A stretch of DNA of 64,000 bases from Gnetum montanum. Lineage: Eukaryota > Plantae > Gnetophyta. A program made the translations under genes and the position numbers. The stretch lies in assembly GCA_015680685.1 (NCBI GenBank), contig MNCI01002140.1:127797-191796 (forward strand), given 5' to 3'. How positions within the stretch are numbered: position 1 is the stretch's first letter; every line of letters starts with the position of its first letter. The notes under the pieces were generated by a model. It saw only the letters and a list, made by a program, of their open reading frames with translations, was not told the DNA's origin and did no database searches. Shown piece after piece: positions 12,841 through 27,233 of the stretch.

Positions 12841-15800
12841 TGGTATTGGAGGTTACTTTTGAAAGTTCCCAATTCTCAAGTTATTGTTTGTGTAAATTTA
12901 AGCTTTATGTTGGAAATTTGTTCCTAGATGATAGAACCATTACATAGTGACATGAGTTTATAGCCCATGTAGTTTTTTGTTATATAAAACTTAATTTTAA
13001 AAAATGCTAATTTTTTATAGGTTGTAGGCTAAATATTTTTTTGAAATGATTGGTGGTAAAAGAGGACAATAAAATACAAGGGGGTCTTTAAAAAGGAAGT
13101 GTAATGAATATATTCTATCACCAACTCCCTTAGAATACACAAAGAGGGAAACACTATCACCATCATCACCTTCAGTATCATAACCAAGGAGTAATCATGG
13201 GAATCCTCATGGTGAAGCCTCTAGATCAACATCAAAGACTAGAACTAAGAAGTTAAAGTTACATTCTATAATGATCATGCATTATGAAGCTATGGAAAAT
13301 ATAATAAGAGACTTCAATCTATTGTTTTCTAATGATGGATATGTTAGATACCTAGATCCTACAATCAATGTTCAATATCACTTATATGATTTGACATTGG
13401 ACATAGAATTGGTAAAGTTGGATCATGGTGCTAAGTTGAAGAGGTCATATCTAATTTTTGGCGATCATTTGGGACCACCAACGTTGGGGGCCTCCTAGTC
13501 TCATGACCTTGGGGATTACAAGATCAAAGGTGTTCTTCAAATAGTTTTTAAGTGCTTGCTGGTCTCTAGAAATACCAAGGCCCAGATACCTTCAAATAGA
13601 CTCAATAGTTATAAAACAAACTAATTATGAGTATGTGTTTGTTGTTGCAAATGTTGAAATGGTTGGATTATGTACAAAATTGTAATTAGCTATCATAAAA
13701 TATATTCAGCTAACTTTGTCAAATATTTTGAATTGTTGAAGATTCCTATTTTGTTCAATTACTTAGTCTATATTTTCCCTATAGTACGTTACTTGTAACA
13801 AATAAAATTTTCTAAAAACATTTAAGCAAAAGTTTGTCAGTTTACTCCTAATTTCCCTTATAGAGAAAGTTGCATTAAAACTAGAAATAGAGTGAGATTC
13901 AATGGACTTAGAGAGGGAAAGAAAAGAAAGTAGATTTTTGTGAAATATCAAATATTTAAGCAAGATATATTGACATGAAAAAACACTTTGCAATAAAGCT
14001 ATTCCAATTCAATCTAACTATGAATAGTTCAAACCCTCTAAGCTCAAGAAAAAACTTTGTAATGATAATCTTATTATACTACCAAAAATGCTACATAAGA
14101 AAAAAGTATGAGTCTCTATTTTGGCTAGTTAATAGTTGTCAAAGATTTCATTCAATAGAGCTTTAAAAAATTTGACAATTGTAGGATTGAAATACCAAGG
14201 TAATACACTTAAAAATGATGAAGCTATTTCAGTTGTCTTAGAATACCAAAGATTTTCTTAGATTCTCTCTATTATCAAAATAGGCAATTTTGTTAAGACA
14301 CTATTATTAAATTTCTCTTGAGGCTTTTCAACAACATAAGCTCTTCTATGGAAAATCTTAATAGAAGTCTAATATTGCATAAAAATAGAGCTATAAAAGA
14401 AACCTAGGAAAAAATCCCAAAATTAAATTCCAAGCATGATATTATCTAGACCATTACCTAAGCAACTAAAACAAAAATGGGAAAGAATGAACTCACAGGA
14501 TTAAAACATAGTAGCCAAATTGATGTATTTATCAAGCCATCTTATAAGTAATCTTCAACTATCTTTCTCCAAAATCTCCCTCCCCCTTGCCCCCCACAAC
14601 CTTTTAGCTTCCTCCTTGAAGGCCCTTTTATAATAACCTTGGGGAAGTTACAATAATCATGAAAAGTTAGAGGTATTACAAATATCTAGGAATATTAATT
14701 TATAACTACCCTAGAAGTTATACCTTCCATAGGAAGTTATTAGAAATTTAAGCTATGGTTTCCAAGTGTTTCCTTGGTAGCAAATATCATGGAGATCACC
14801 ATTGGAAGTTACAAGAATTAGAGAAATATATGCCAAAGTTGGCAAGTGTCTCAAAAGAGACTACAAATATTAAGGAGAATTAATCATAATTTCTTATGGA
14901 ATTTAGAAAAATAAAGTTAGATTTACCATACGTTCATAAATCTTTATTTCCTAATCCATAAGCCCTATGCAACTTTAAAGTACTGCAATATATATAATTT
15001 TTTTAAAAAATATTATTAAGGCCTTGTAGCCTTATTGTTACACTCATCAAAAAATTTATACAAAATGTGTAAACATTATAATGTATGTTTATCTCTTGTG
15101 GGCTCAATACCACACATTGTATTTTCCTCTTCCCGTAGTCTAAGGAAAACCTACCATTTTTTGCACCTTATTTCAACCGTGATGTCATTTTCTCCGAGAA
15201 AAAATAGATGTTGCCCAACCCTTTATCGATGGAGTCTTGTAGCTACATCGTCGTTGCCTTCATTGCCATGTTGTTGCTATAACTACTATTGGTAATGGCT
15301 TTGCCTAAACTATAGGCACCATTTTTGGGTTCTAGCCTGATCCAATCAAGAGAGGATGCATGTTTCTTCATTGTTGTAGTCTAGATTGACAAATTTTTCA
15401 ACTCCATGTTTATTGTAGGGTTTTGATGTTGTCTTTGCTAATCCTAATGCTATTTTGAACCTTGGAAAAAATATCATCTAGGTGTTGTGGCTTGTTCATG
15501 AATTCATAGTGCCCTGCACCTAAGTTTGGGCATTTAATTTTTGATTCATGTTTAAATTTTTACCATTTATTTCTTCTACTTTTGATGGATGTTGCTGATT
15601 TTGCTTTTTCTCTAGGATGCAATTTTTGTTTGTAATAGTCTAGGTTTTTTTGTTTGTTTTGAAAATCTTAGATGATTCTCTCATGATTTTTCATAAATAT
15701 TTTTGAATTTGAAAAGGCTTTTGTTAAGCTCTTCATTTCCTTGTCATTAAATTTCCAAAGCTTATGTAGTGGACAATGTATAATTAAAACTCTTGTTTAG

Positions 15801-15969
15801 ATAATGGCAATTTGGAAAATTCAGTAGCATTCCATGTTTTGTAACTCTATAAAATTTTTCTTATTGCTCATATTACTCATTCCCTACAACTGGTAGGTTC
15901 CAAAGTATCTTGTAAATTCTCCATATTTCAAATTTTAGAAGGTATATTCATCTTTCAAAACTTCAAACA

Positions 15970-18560
15970 AATGTGAATGATTATGGGTACCTCTGTTGTC
16001 TACCACTTAGCCATTTCACTTGAATAAGTAGCTATAATATTACTATTCTTCTCCTTTCAAAAACTTTAACTCACAATAATGAGAAATCAAACTTAGAACC
16101 AAGCTCCACCATTGTGAAAGTAAACACCTTGCTTGTTCATTAACATGTGAATATACCTTCATTTTATAGAGAAGGCAACTAAACTCCAATGGACTTTTAC
16201 CTTTTTCTACTTGTATGCTATCTTTCATTCACAAATAACATTTGAATTTTAATAAACCCAAACATTAATTTATAAATTCTGCTCAAGAAGATGGTTGAAA
16301 TGTGTCAACCCAAACATCATTCATGGAGTTTGCAGTATCAAAGGATATTAGGATGATCATGTAAATACCTACAATAATCGTTGGTTCATCTATCAAGCTA
16401 GAAAGGCCTAGAGATTTTTCAAGATTTATAAGAGATTTATATAGTTCTATTTGGATTGTAAAAGTAAATTTTAAGTTAAAAGAGGTGATGTTTCTCAAAC
16501 ATCAGTTGCTATAATATTTTGTGAATGAAGATGAATGGGAAAAAACATGCATTGCTACCAGCATGAGAGTCTTGATTTCATAGCCCATGATACCATATGC
16601 TAGCTTGGTTAACATCATTATTTGTTGGGTAGCTATGAAGGACAATAAGAACATAATCACTTAGCCTCTATTATGTCTTCTATATGTCATAATGAAGAAG
16701 GAAAGCCATGTGGATTGGTCTTTTATTCTTAAGATGAAAATAAAGGAACAGTATTGTCTTATTATACTACATCTTCTACTTATTTTTTCTATGAATACCT
16801 CTTACTAAGATTTTTGAAAATATGCAATAATGCCAAAATTTAGATGTCACCATGATGGTGAAAAGTAAAAATAAAGAAATTTTTTCATGGTTATTTCTTA
16901 AAGCCTTTTCAAACCTAAAGGAGATTGCCATGAAGCTTCTAGAAATAAAACAACCTAGTGATATCTTGTCTGAGAGGTGGAGCAAAATTGAGTGTAACTA
17001 TTTAACTTAAACCATGGTATGTATGGGGCTGCAACACCATAGTTTTCAAAATAAAGTTGTATATTAAAAATCCACAATTAATTTCTTCAAGGAATCAGTG
17101 AAGATGATCCCAATGGAGGAAACCCTTTATAATAAACCTAAATGGAAGGATTTTGAGAATTTGAATATAAATGACTTTCCATCAATAATCAAAGACATGG
17201 TTAGTAAAGATGTCATGTCCCCATTCCCAAATGATGTTGTTGCATAATGAAGATGGTGTCTCTTCATAACAAGTGTTATGATTATTGTAACAAGACCCAA
17301 AAAGTGAAGTTGTAATTGAGACTTGAAGGGGTGACCTTTGGAGGTTTGACCTAAGGCATTTATACTTGGGCTTAGAGGTTGTGCCAAGCATGGAGTGGTG
17401 GAGTTATTATAGGCAAGTTACAGGAGCCCAGTGAAGTAGGATAGGAAGTGGACTGGCCATTCCTTTTGGTCAAGTTATATGCCTAACCATGGTGGTAGTG
17501 TTGGATTTCCTCTAAGGGGATAGATGCTAAATGAAGAAAACCCCAAGGAACACTCTTAGAGCATGATCTAGATACTCTATTTTAAATTAATAAAGCATCC
17601 TTGTCTTTCTCTTTCTACACTTTCTCTATTATTTCATTTATGCATAATGTCAAATTTTACATATATTTGACATTTGGTATATTGTCTTCTTATGCATAAT
17701 GTCTAATATAATGTATATTTGACGTTTTCCATGACATCCAAGAATGAGATGTCACAAGAGACATCAATAAACTCTCTAAGATTAAATTTCTCATAGTGAG
17801 TAATGATTTATTGTATGACTTAATTTTTATTAATTACATCACGTTGAAATATTATTTTAGAGTAGAAGCTTATGATAAAATGTTAAGGAATAATAAAATA
17901 TTTTTTGATATTGCTTTAGCATAAAATGAGGCATTGAATAAGGATTTAACAATCAAATATCAAGAAAAGGAGAAATATATTGAATATTTTGAAAAATTTA
18001 AAGGATAAGTTGAAGGTGCGCAAAATTTTGCAAAGAAGAAATCATAAGATGGATACTAAAACAAGTAAGAAAAATTGTGAATTCAAGTACAAAGATGGAT
18101 CTTGTAAGTAGAGTAGAGGAACTGATGGTGAAAACTATGGTGTTAAAGGATGACAAACTTACAATACAAAACAAGATCTATGAACTTCAAGAAGAAATTG
18201 ATTCCCTATAGAATTGTGTAAAAAATATCATTAAATAGAAGAATAAGCTTTTAGAAAATTTGATGTAGAATGAAAGAAACTAGATGCCTTGGTGAGAGAT
18301 CTATAAGATCATGTTGTAAATGAAAATTTTATAGCTCACTACAAGGAATTGTTAAAATTTATCTTAGGCTAGGGCTATGAGCTTTAACCTATTATCACTA
18401 TGATGTCATGGTTACTTATGACAACTTATAATAAAGTTTAAGTTGAGATTCATAAAATTTATTTTGGTCAAGAGGCAAAGGAATTAGTTGAAGATGTTCC
18501 ATCAGTTTTTTGAAACTCTTGTAGCACCTTAAGAGTCCATGGTGAAGGACTCTATTTCAG
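15970..18560 (+). pseudogene. Very degenerate 3' extra ORF of element C (possible env-like, coiled-coil C-terminus)
   Basis: Purine-rich codon-like sequence with an E/K/L-rich segment at ~17850-18380 and an IPYASLVNII motif near 16590; many stops. Boundaries approximate. Confidence 0.35.
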
Positions 18561-18674
18561 AGTTATTTGATGAAAGTGAATACAAATTCATTTTTTAATT
18601 GATGATTCATGTTATTAACTTTTCTTATTTATATTTGCTTATAACTTCTTGATGTTAGATAGTGAAGTTATTTA

Positions 18675-19848
18675 TGTGAATCAAGAACTTAGAAAGGGGT
18701 TGAATAAGTTCCCTAATAAAGATTTTTATAGCCACAAAAATCAAACACAATTTCTTATGTGGTTCCCCAACTTGGATATGTCCACGTTTAGAGGGTAGAA
18801 TCCATGCAAACCTTCAAACTTTGTTGCTTCAAAATGTGGTTTGAAGGGCACCAAAACCTTTATAAGATTTGAGCTCCACTCTAGAGTGTTTCATTGTCGC
18901 AAAATCACTCAACCCTGCAAGGTTACAACAAGCTCAAAATGTGATTTAAAGGATCCACAACCTTTACAAATGTGAGTTGTACATTGGAGTATTTTGTCAC
19001 TGCAAAACCTCTCAACCCCTCAAGGTCCCAACAAGCTAAATGAAAATGCCTTTCCACAAGAAGCACATCAACCTTGTAGGGCTCCCAAGAAATAAGAAAA
19101 GAATCAAGGAGAGAGTGTAACTAAAATTATGAATTCCTTGCAGTAGGGCTCTTAGTACATACAACACATTACAAATGATGAGAAAATGAAGAATAAAGAA
19201 AATTCACTTTTGGAGTAGCCAAGGATAGATATTCAATAAATGATTCCACTCGTTTTTCATGAATTCCACTTTGTTTTATACTCTTCAAGCTTCTAAAAGA
19301 TCCTTGAAATTCATCCAATAGGTAGATAACAACCATTTGAGATGTCTAATTTGAAGTGAAGACATCTTTTTGTCAACACTGTCAATTCTGAAAAGACATC
19401 TACCTAGATATGTAGACATCTACACCTAGATGTCTTTTCCAAGAGTTAGATGTTTGTTGGCAATTTGAGATGTCTACACTGTAAGCACATTCAAATTTAA
19501 ATCATTGCTATGACATTTTTGCATCTTAGCAATCCCTGGAACATATTCATTTGGCTTGTAGGCTCTTCTTGTATCTTAGCTCTTATCTTTTCATCCCAAC
19601 ATAGCTCTCATTCTAGTGTAGCTCTTATTTTGAAGTCTTGGATCCTCTTGTCATCTCAATGTAGCTCTAGTTCTGACTCAGGATTTGCTCTTTATCTCAA
19701 TCTAATGTCTTGATTGATTAAAGATTTTGATTGTGTTATTGTCTTGATCTCATCATGCTCTTGGTCTACCCTTAGACCTACAAGGAAATACAAATATATT
19801 TTCCACATTTTACATTTTCTAAGTTTTTGAAAAACCAAAAGGTTAGCA
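18675..19848 (-). mobile_element. Solo LTR of a SIRE-like copia element
   Basis: TG...CA ends with perfect TSD ATTTA (18670-18674, 19849-19853); the minus strand ends in CTTATTCAACCCCTTTCTAAG, like the SIRE U5 TATTCACCCCCCCTCTAG motif. Confidence 0.8.
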
Positions 19849-20327
19849 ATTTAAATTTAAATTTTCCATGATAAGCATATATTGCTTTTTTATGGTTTGA
19901 TATTTAATTATGTTATAATATATTTTGAAGGAGATAATTACCCTTGATATTTCTAGTTATTTTCTTTGTATTTTAGGAATTGTCTAAAAATGATCAAAAT
20001 CATTTATAACATTAGTTAAGAAAAGAAAAAATTACTCATCGTCATCTTATATTTATAATAAAACTAACTTTACTAGTTAAACTTATAACTAGTTATTTTC
20101 TTGGGGATATAGTGCTCATTATAAAATGCATTTTCTTAAAATGAATTTTTCTTTAGAGCACTACTCCATAGTCATTGACTGTCCTTATAAATCTCTAATT
20201 TATGTAGGATTGTGGGAACTATTAATAAAGTAAAATTTTTACTTATCATTCATTTTATAAATTTCATGGATTTAATTTTGGATAGTAAAGCAATATTATT
20301 ATTTTCCATGTTAGGCTTGAGGGGTGG

Positions 20328-20804
20328 TGTTGAAGATTTGATGTATTTATCGAGCTCAATATGTTGAACAAGTTTTATATTATAACATCATGTATGTTTG
20401 TAGTACATCATGACTATGTCCAATACCATCACAGTGTTGGAGATTGTTAGTTAAAGCTTGTTATACGCAATTGAATTGTTTACATTCTTTCATTTGCATT
20501 AACTATTCGTTTTGTTTATTTGTTCTATTAACATGATTATTTTCCTTAATCTATATAAGTGTTGATTTTGGTTCTTTCTAGTGTAGAATATCTAGAAAAT
20601 AATAAGAGGGATATACTTTTTTATATTAACTTTCTCTATTTATCATTCCTTTTGATTAAGATGTATTTATTATGAGTAACATCATGAACACTATAATATT
20701 CACAATGTTTTTTAACCTTTATGTTATTTAATTTATGTTGTCGTATTCATCAATTTATTTCTAGTTTCCTAGACCTTGCAATCTAAGTATTATAAAAATT
20801 AATA
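20328..20804 (+). repeat. 3' LTR of element C
   Basis: TGTTGAAGATTTGATG... after the PPT; followed by TSD ACCAA. Confidence 0.9.
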
Positions 20805-21480
20805 ACCAAAGCTCTACCCACATTCATGAGGGTTATACATAATAGTTTGAGAGATCTTATCGGAAACTTTTACATTATTTTCTTTGATGATATTTTTTTC
20901 TATAGTTCTAATGAAGATGAGCATGCATAACACTTGGTATTTGTATTGTTAAACTTTCATGAAGCTTAATTAGTCATCAATCATAAAAATTATTATTTTA
21001 TGAATAGAGAAATTGTGTATCTAGGTCATATTATCTCTAAGAGTCAAGTCAAGATGGAGTTAAGAAAGATCAAGGTAATCAAGAAGTAGCCTTTACCTAA
21101 AGATGAGGAAAAGGTGAGATCTTTTTTGGTTTGATTAGTTTCTATATGATATTCATTAGAAATTTTGGTTCTATTTCATGACCTATGTTGTCTTGTTTGA
21201 AGATGAATTCAACTTTTGTATGGGATGATGCAAAAGGGAAGTATTTTTAAGCTTTAAAGGAGAAGATTTTTAGTGTTCAAATTTTGGAAATTCTAAATTT
21301 CTCCAAATCTTTTGAAGTGAAAGTGGATGTATGTGTTCTTGCAATTGAGGTTCACTTTCTCAAGAAGGAAGCGCATTGCATTCTTTTTTGAAAAATCAAA
21401 TAAATCTCAAAAAAGTTATAGTGTACATGAGAAAGAACTATATGCTATACTTCAAGAAATCAAGCATTGAAAAAATTTGT
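20805..21480 (+). pseudogene. Chromovirus (CRM-like) RT C-terminus and RNase H, truncated
   Basis: PTFMRV..FFDDIF..YLGHIIS..KVRSF..FEVKVD..YSVHEKELYAILQEIKH; continues the 11960-12366 frame; stops abruptly ~21480. Confidence 0.85.
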
Positions 21481-24400
21481 TTCAAGTCCAATCAGAGTGA
21501 TTCCACCTCCATTCGAAAGATGAAGCCAAGAAATACTCGACCATAGCAAGAAAATAGAAAAACCTTTTACCATTTCCTTAAAAAAGATTCACAAGTTTAC
21601 ATGAAATTACAAAAATGGCATGAGAAACCTAATTGCATGATGTTAGGAAAATAGCCATAACTTCATCATTTCAAGGCCAAATTAAATGAGACAATAGCCA
21701 TCAAAAAGATTAAACAAAGGGATATGAACCCATGGCATCAGATTTTGAAAATATGTAACCATTTTCTCTGGAAAAAATACACAATATTATTTTCTTTTCC
21801 ATGCCTAAAACTTAAAAGATCTTCAAAACCTAGATTTTACATAGCTATGGAAACACAGTCAAAAGAGCTGAAATGATTGAAACCCATTAAAATTCACACC
21901 AAAATAATGGGGCAGGATTTTGTTAAAATTTAGTTTTAACAAATCCTAAGGCCCAGATCTAAAAAAATGGCCCTATCCCAAAATTTTGGTAAAAAAGCAT
22001 GAAATAGCAAGCCTTATTTTCAAATTCAAATCTACAAAAGCTAAAACAATGAAATGACTATAGATTTGCATGGAAGTAGCCAAAATAGAAAGTGGGATTT
22101 CATTAGAATTCCATTTTAAACCATCCACCTAAGTAGATCCAAAAAAATGGCTTCAATACATGGGAAACAAAACTAGAAGAACCATAGAAAATAAAGGCAA
22201 AAATGGGTAGAACTGCCTACCTTGGAGTGGTGATAGATGAGGCCTGGATGGAGATAGGCCTGGGAACCTCTAACAACTCTTTGGAATGCTCATCCATCTT
22301 CTGGATCATAGCGTTTTTTCTCTTCCCCCCTCATTCCTTAGGTGCCATGGCAGGCTCAACATTGGGGATGATGAGAAATTAAAGAGAAAATAGGAGTTCT
22401 ACGTTGGTTGCATGGGAGATGGGAGGCTTCCATGTTGAATATTAGTGTTCTCTAAAACAAAAATATCTATTGGAGCTCTTCTCCAATGTTCTGATGATGT
22501 AGAACAATAGTCATGATCAAAACTTATGAAATTTCACATATAAACCTCATCTAAAACCTAAACACACACATTAAAATTCTAGTTGCTAATTCAGTGCACC
22601 ATAACTCCAAGTGCACTAAAGTGTGATGTGGGGGTGGGGTGGGGGTCCGGGGGAGTTTCTTCAAAGTTGAGTTTGGATGGGAAACAACTTCACTTTTCAA
22701 AATTCTAAATTCTTGGATTGTGAACCCCACCCTGTGTCTCCTCTCTTAACAAAAATTACATCAATGCTAAGCTTTTTTCTAATTTTGACAAATAAAACCA
22801 TATTTAAACCTTAACTCCCATGCATACATGTTGGGTATGCCATGCCTAGTGTGGATACATGCATCCCATTTTAAAAAATAATTAAAATACAATTATTTTA
22901 CCATTTTTAATAACCAAAACCAACCTTTTTCAGCTCTAAGTGCTCGAAAGTAGGTGAGACATGAACGAAGCTAGACACCATGAGTTTTCACACTGGGGCA
23001 ATAGTGCCCAACATGGAAGAAGAGGGATAACACCTATCCCTACCCCCCACTACCCATCTAGCCCAAGTTTGATCCTAAGATGGGCCCACATGACCTAGAA
23101 CCCATCCAAGCATCTTTGGAAGCCTATGAACTGTACCAAACTAAGTTGAAACTAGTTGAAACTTTAAGATTTGGTGTTTCCATGTTGGGGAAGGTTTCAT
23201 CCACATTGAGCCTCTCACCCTTAATGTGGATGGATGGGGGAAATCCAAAAATAACCTAAATTAACTTCCTTATGTCCATTTCTCAAAGCTTGGTGACCCC
23301 TAGACCCTACAAGAACTCTTTGGAGCTTTTGGATGCCCTAAAAGTAGTCAAATATGGCACAAAATTATCATTCCCTTTCATCTATGCTAGGGCCATCATG
23401 CTCAACATGGAAGAAATGGGGGCGGGGGGTGGGGGGGCGGTGAGGGGTGGTTGCATGAGGCCTGTAAAAGCCTCCAAATTGATGATCTTAGTACCAAACA
23501 TTGATTGTTAACTTCAAAACCTTGGAGGCTGACATACATGATCGATTGGCTATCAATTTAATGTAGATCAAACTTTCCTGGTTATGGGAGACCTCTTCCA
23601 TGTTGAGCATCCTAGTCCTAGTATGGATGGAAAGGGGAAATCCTAAAAACCATTTCAAAGCCTTCAAAATGACCAAATTTTGACCTTAGATACTGATGGC
23701 CAATACTAGCAACCTTGTGGACACTCATGCATAGCTTGATTTGATCATAAAAGCTAAAAATTCATTTTCCCATATTTTTCACACTAAGAATGGAAGCCCT
23801 AATGTGGAAAAAGAGGGGGAAGACCAAAAATTTCTTAATAACCCTTTAAAAAATTAAATTTTAACATTAGGTGTTAGTAGTCAATGCCAACAACATTAAA
23901 ATCTTGCATGCATAGCTAGAAATGATAGAAAATCAAAAAAATCAAGGTTCTATAGTCCTTATACACTAAGAGCCATCTCCTCCACATTTCCTAGCATGGA
24001 AGAAAGTAGGGAAGGTTTGGGAGACTCCAAAATAACCTCTGGAGGCCTCAATAAAACATTGGAAAGCCTTGTGTGTCGAAGAACTTCATTTGCACATCCT
24101 CAAACCTTCAAGACTGTCAAAATTTATCATAAGTAACCAGAAAGCCTTTCCCCCCAATCTCCCACACTAAGCATGGAAATCCCAATGTGAAAAAAGTGTG
24201 GAATGTAAAAATCCACTCAAAAATTCTTGAAACAATCAAATTGTGACACCAGACATTAGTATTTGATGCTAGCAACCTTAGAGACTTACATGCATGACCA
24301 GAAATGATACAAAAAATAAAAAAGTTGCTTCCCCCTAGTATTCCATGCTAAGCATACTATCCTCAACATGGAAAATAGGGGAAGGCTAAAAAACATCTAA

Positions 24401-26082
24401 TAAACCTCCAAATTGCCAAAATTTGACCTTAAACCCTAGTCCTCAGCCCTGGTAATCCTAGATGGACGCATGCATGATTGATTGAGGCTAAAACTAGCCT
24501 AGATCTAGGATTTATAGTTCTTACACAATTGGGATCCCTTTTTCCATGCTAAGAATAGTATCCCCAACTTGGTAACTTAAGGGGGAACTTGTTTGGAGCT
24601 CCTAACCACCTCATAATAACATCAAACAACCTTACACTCACTCTAGAACCCTATGGGTAGTTATTGGAGCCTTCAAACTTCAAGAAATTGATCCTAGATG
24701 GCCAAAAAATGGTTCCCCTAGCCTTCCATGCTGATCTTCCTAGCCCCAATGTGGTATATATTGGGGAAGCTAGAAAACCACTTGTGAACACTCAAAACTA
24801 CAAAATTTTAACATGAAACCCTAGCCCTTAGCCCTAGCAACTTCGAAAGCTAACATACATAGTTGATTGTGATCTAAATTAACCTAGATATAGGATTCCT
24901 TCTTTATCCACATTAGGGCAGAGCCCTTCCACATTGGGAAGTATGAAAACAAGAGGGAAAAGCTACTTTTCCACTTTTAGTTGTAAGAAGATACTCTTGG
25001 AAGCTAAAGATCCATGTTGGAGAAGCCTAGGACCTCACAGGCTCAAGATTTTTCTTGTTTGAGTTTATTTTAACCTCCGAAATCCATTCCCCCCATTATT
25101 CCATGTTGTAGTAACTTCCTTAGCATGGAAAAAAGGGGAAAGACCTTTAGATTCCCTAAAATAACCTCCAAAATTGCTGAAAATCAGCTAGAAACTTGTA
25201 AAATCAAAGTATAGAGCCCTAGGGGCCTAGAAACCTAGTAAAAGTGCTCCTAAGCCACTCTAAAGTTATAAAACAAGTGTCCCTTCATTCTTCCATGCTG
25301 AGGATACTATTCTTATCATGGAAAATGGTTTGAAGCCATTTTGACATGTTTTGACACTCAAAATCAACTCAAACTACCTCGAAAAAATGCTAGAGGATGC
25401 ATAGCCTCTTCATTTAGGTCTCATCTACTTGTTTAACCTCATTTGACCTATTTTGGCTAAGATTATTTTTCCATGCTAAGCCCCCTTTTCTTCCATGTTG
25501 GCTAGCATGAAAACAGGGGGAAGGCTCTAAAACCTGCTTTTTGGCGTTTACAGATCTTTGGAATGTGCAATTTTGATGGATTTGGCCCTACACTAACTTG
25601 GGAAGGTCCTAAAACCTCAATTATAAACCTATGAGAATCCTAAAACCTATTTTCCTTGGTTTCCACATATAGGATCACTATTTCTATGTTGAGCCCAATA
25701 TGGAAGCCTCAAAACACTTGATTTTTGGGCCCAAATAGCCCAAAAACAACCCTGATTGATGCCTGAACTCACCTAATAGCCTTGTAGCCTCACAACATGG
25801 CATGCTAAGCCTAAAACTAGCTAAATTCATCATTGTTTAACCTATATTAGCCAAATTTTATCATATATGGCCTGTTTTACTTGTTCATTGTTAAACTACA
25901 TAGTATTTTGGCTTATTTTTGGACTTGTATTGCATTGTTCATCTTGTTGACCTTATATGACCTTTATACAACCTTATGTGTTCTTTATTTATCTTATTAC
26001 AGCTTTATTTACATTTTTTGGCCTTTGAATGGTATCAAATAGTGGGGTTTGACCTTCTCTAACATGACACCATGTGAAGATG

Positions 26083-26217
26083 GTCCATTAAGGCCTTAAA
26101 CTAACATCATAGTCCACCAAGACTCTAAACTAGCATCATGGCCCACTAAGGCCTTAAACTAACATCATAGTCCACCAAGACTCTAAATTAGCATCATGGC
26201 CCACTAAGGCCTAAAAT
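26083..26217 (+). repeat. Motif array, 5 x 29 bp (GYC-N6-GRC-N3-AAACT)
   Basis: Units at 26083, 26112, 26141, 26170, 26199; alternating ..GGC and GTC..GAC types (58-bp dimer). Confidence 0.9.
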
Positions 26218-26485
26218 TTTCAAAATTGTGGCCTTTTTTGATCATTTGTAGCCTTATTTATTATACTTCCCCTTGCTTGACCTCTTCTTAACCTTTTTCT
26301 AGCCTTTATTATACTTGTTAAATTTTTCCTATCTCACAAATGACCTTGGATGGAATTAATTGCATTAGATTTGCATGTGTTTGCATAATTTTATAGCATT
26401 TTAGCATTATTTATTTACTTTTACCTAGCTGCCATTGAATATACTTTTGGTTGACATGCAGGATCAAAGTATGAGTATTTAGAAG

Positions 26486-27228
26486 TGATGAGTGGCGAGG
26501 TACCCCTACACTCAACCATATGAANGAGTGATGAGTGGCGAGGTACCCCTACACTCAACCATATGAAACGAGCGTAGCATGCACGATCCAGTCGAACTCC
26601 GTAGACTAAATGCCTAAACGCCCCATGGAACACTTGGGGTTAATCGTTTGTTGTCTTCCCAGACTTACTTGTTGTTGTCACGGTGTATGGTTAAGTAAGT
26701 CCGAGGTATATGATTTTTTTGGTATTTTCTGATTTATCTCCTATGCTAAATAGTGAAGGGTTGAGAAACTAAAACTAACTCTAACTACAACACTAAATCC
26801 TAGCGTCAGCATCCATTCCCACTTGTCGTACACACCCTGAACTATGCAACTGTGGCTACCAAACGCTAATCATTAGTAGGATTACCACACGTAACGCATG
26901 TGCTCGAAGCGGTCGTACTGAGGCACCTAACTAGCCTAAGTGTGACAAGCAGCCAATTNNNNNNNNNNNNNNNNNNNNNNNNNNNNNNNNNNNNNNNNNN
27001 NNNNNNNNNNNNNNNNNNNNNNNNNNNNNNNNNNNNNNNNNNNNNNNNNNNNNNNNNNNNNNNNCTACTTTACACCTAGGATGTGAAATGAAGGGAGTTC
27101 CACCTCTTATTTATAGATATGGCAGTGGACCACGATATCGCATACGCGATATCGCAGGGGATGCGATATCGCAACGGACGTAATATCACGTATGTGATAT
27201 CACAGCTTGTGCAATTTGCGTCTCATTA
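26486..27228 (-). mobile_element. Athila-like (family A) LTR, probably solo, spanning an assembly gap
   Basis: Reverse complement of both ends of the A LTR; flanks AGAAG/ANGAG and AGGAG are TSD-like; 106-N gap at 26959-27064 hides the true size. Confidence 0.8.
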
Positions 27229-27233
27229 AGGAG

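Larger units (their letters stand above)
12367..20804 (+). mobile_element. Element C: old copia-type LTR retrotransposon derivative (pol largely deleted, long 3' extra region)
   Basis: Direct LTRs 12367-12840 and 20328-20804; TSD ACCAA (12362-12366, 20805-20809); PBS TGGTATTGGAGG (Met-i type, degenerate) at 12841; PPT GAGGGGTGG before 20328; faint copia remnants such as SQIDVFIKP (~14513-14540, cf. QLADIFTKP). Removing it restores RT GLTKALPTFM. Confidence 0.85.

Noticed and set aside
26486-26570. Tandem duplication of the Athila LTR end
   Set aside because: The copies are separated by an N and lie near a 106-N gap; likely a contig-overlap artifact.
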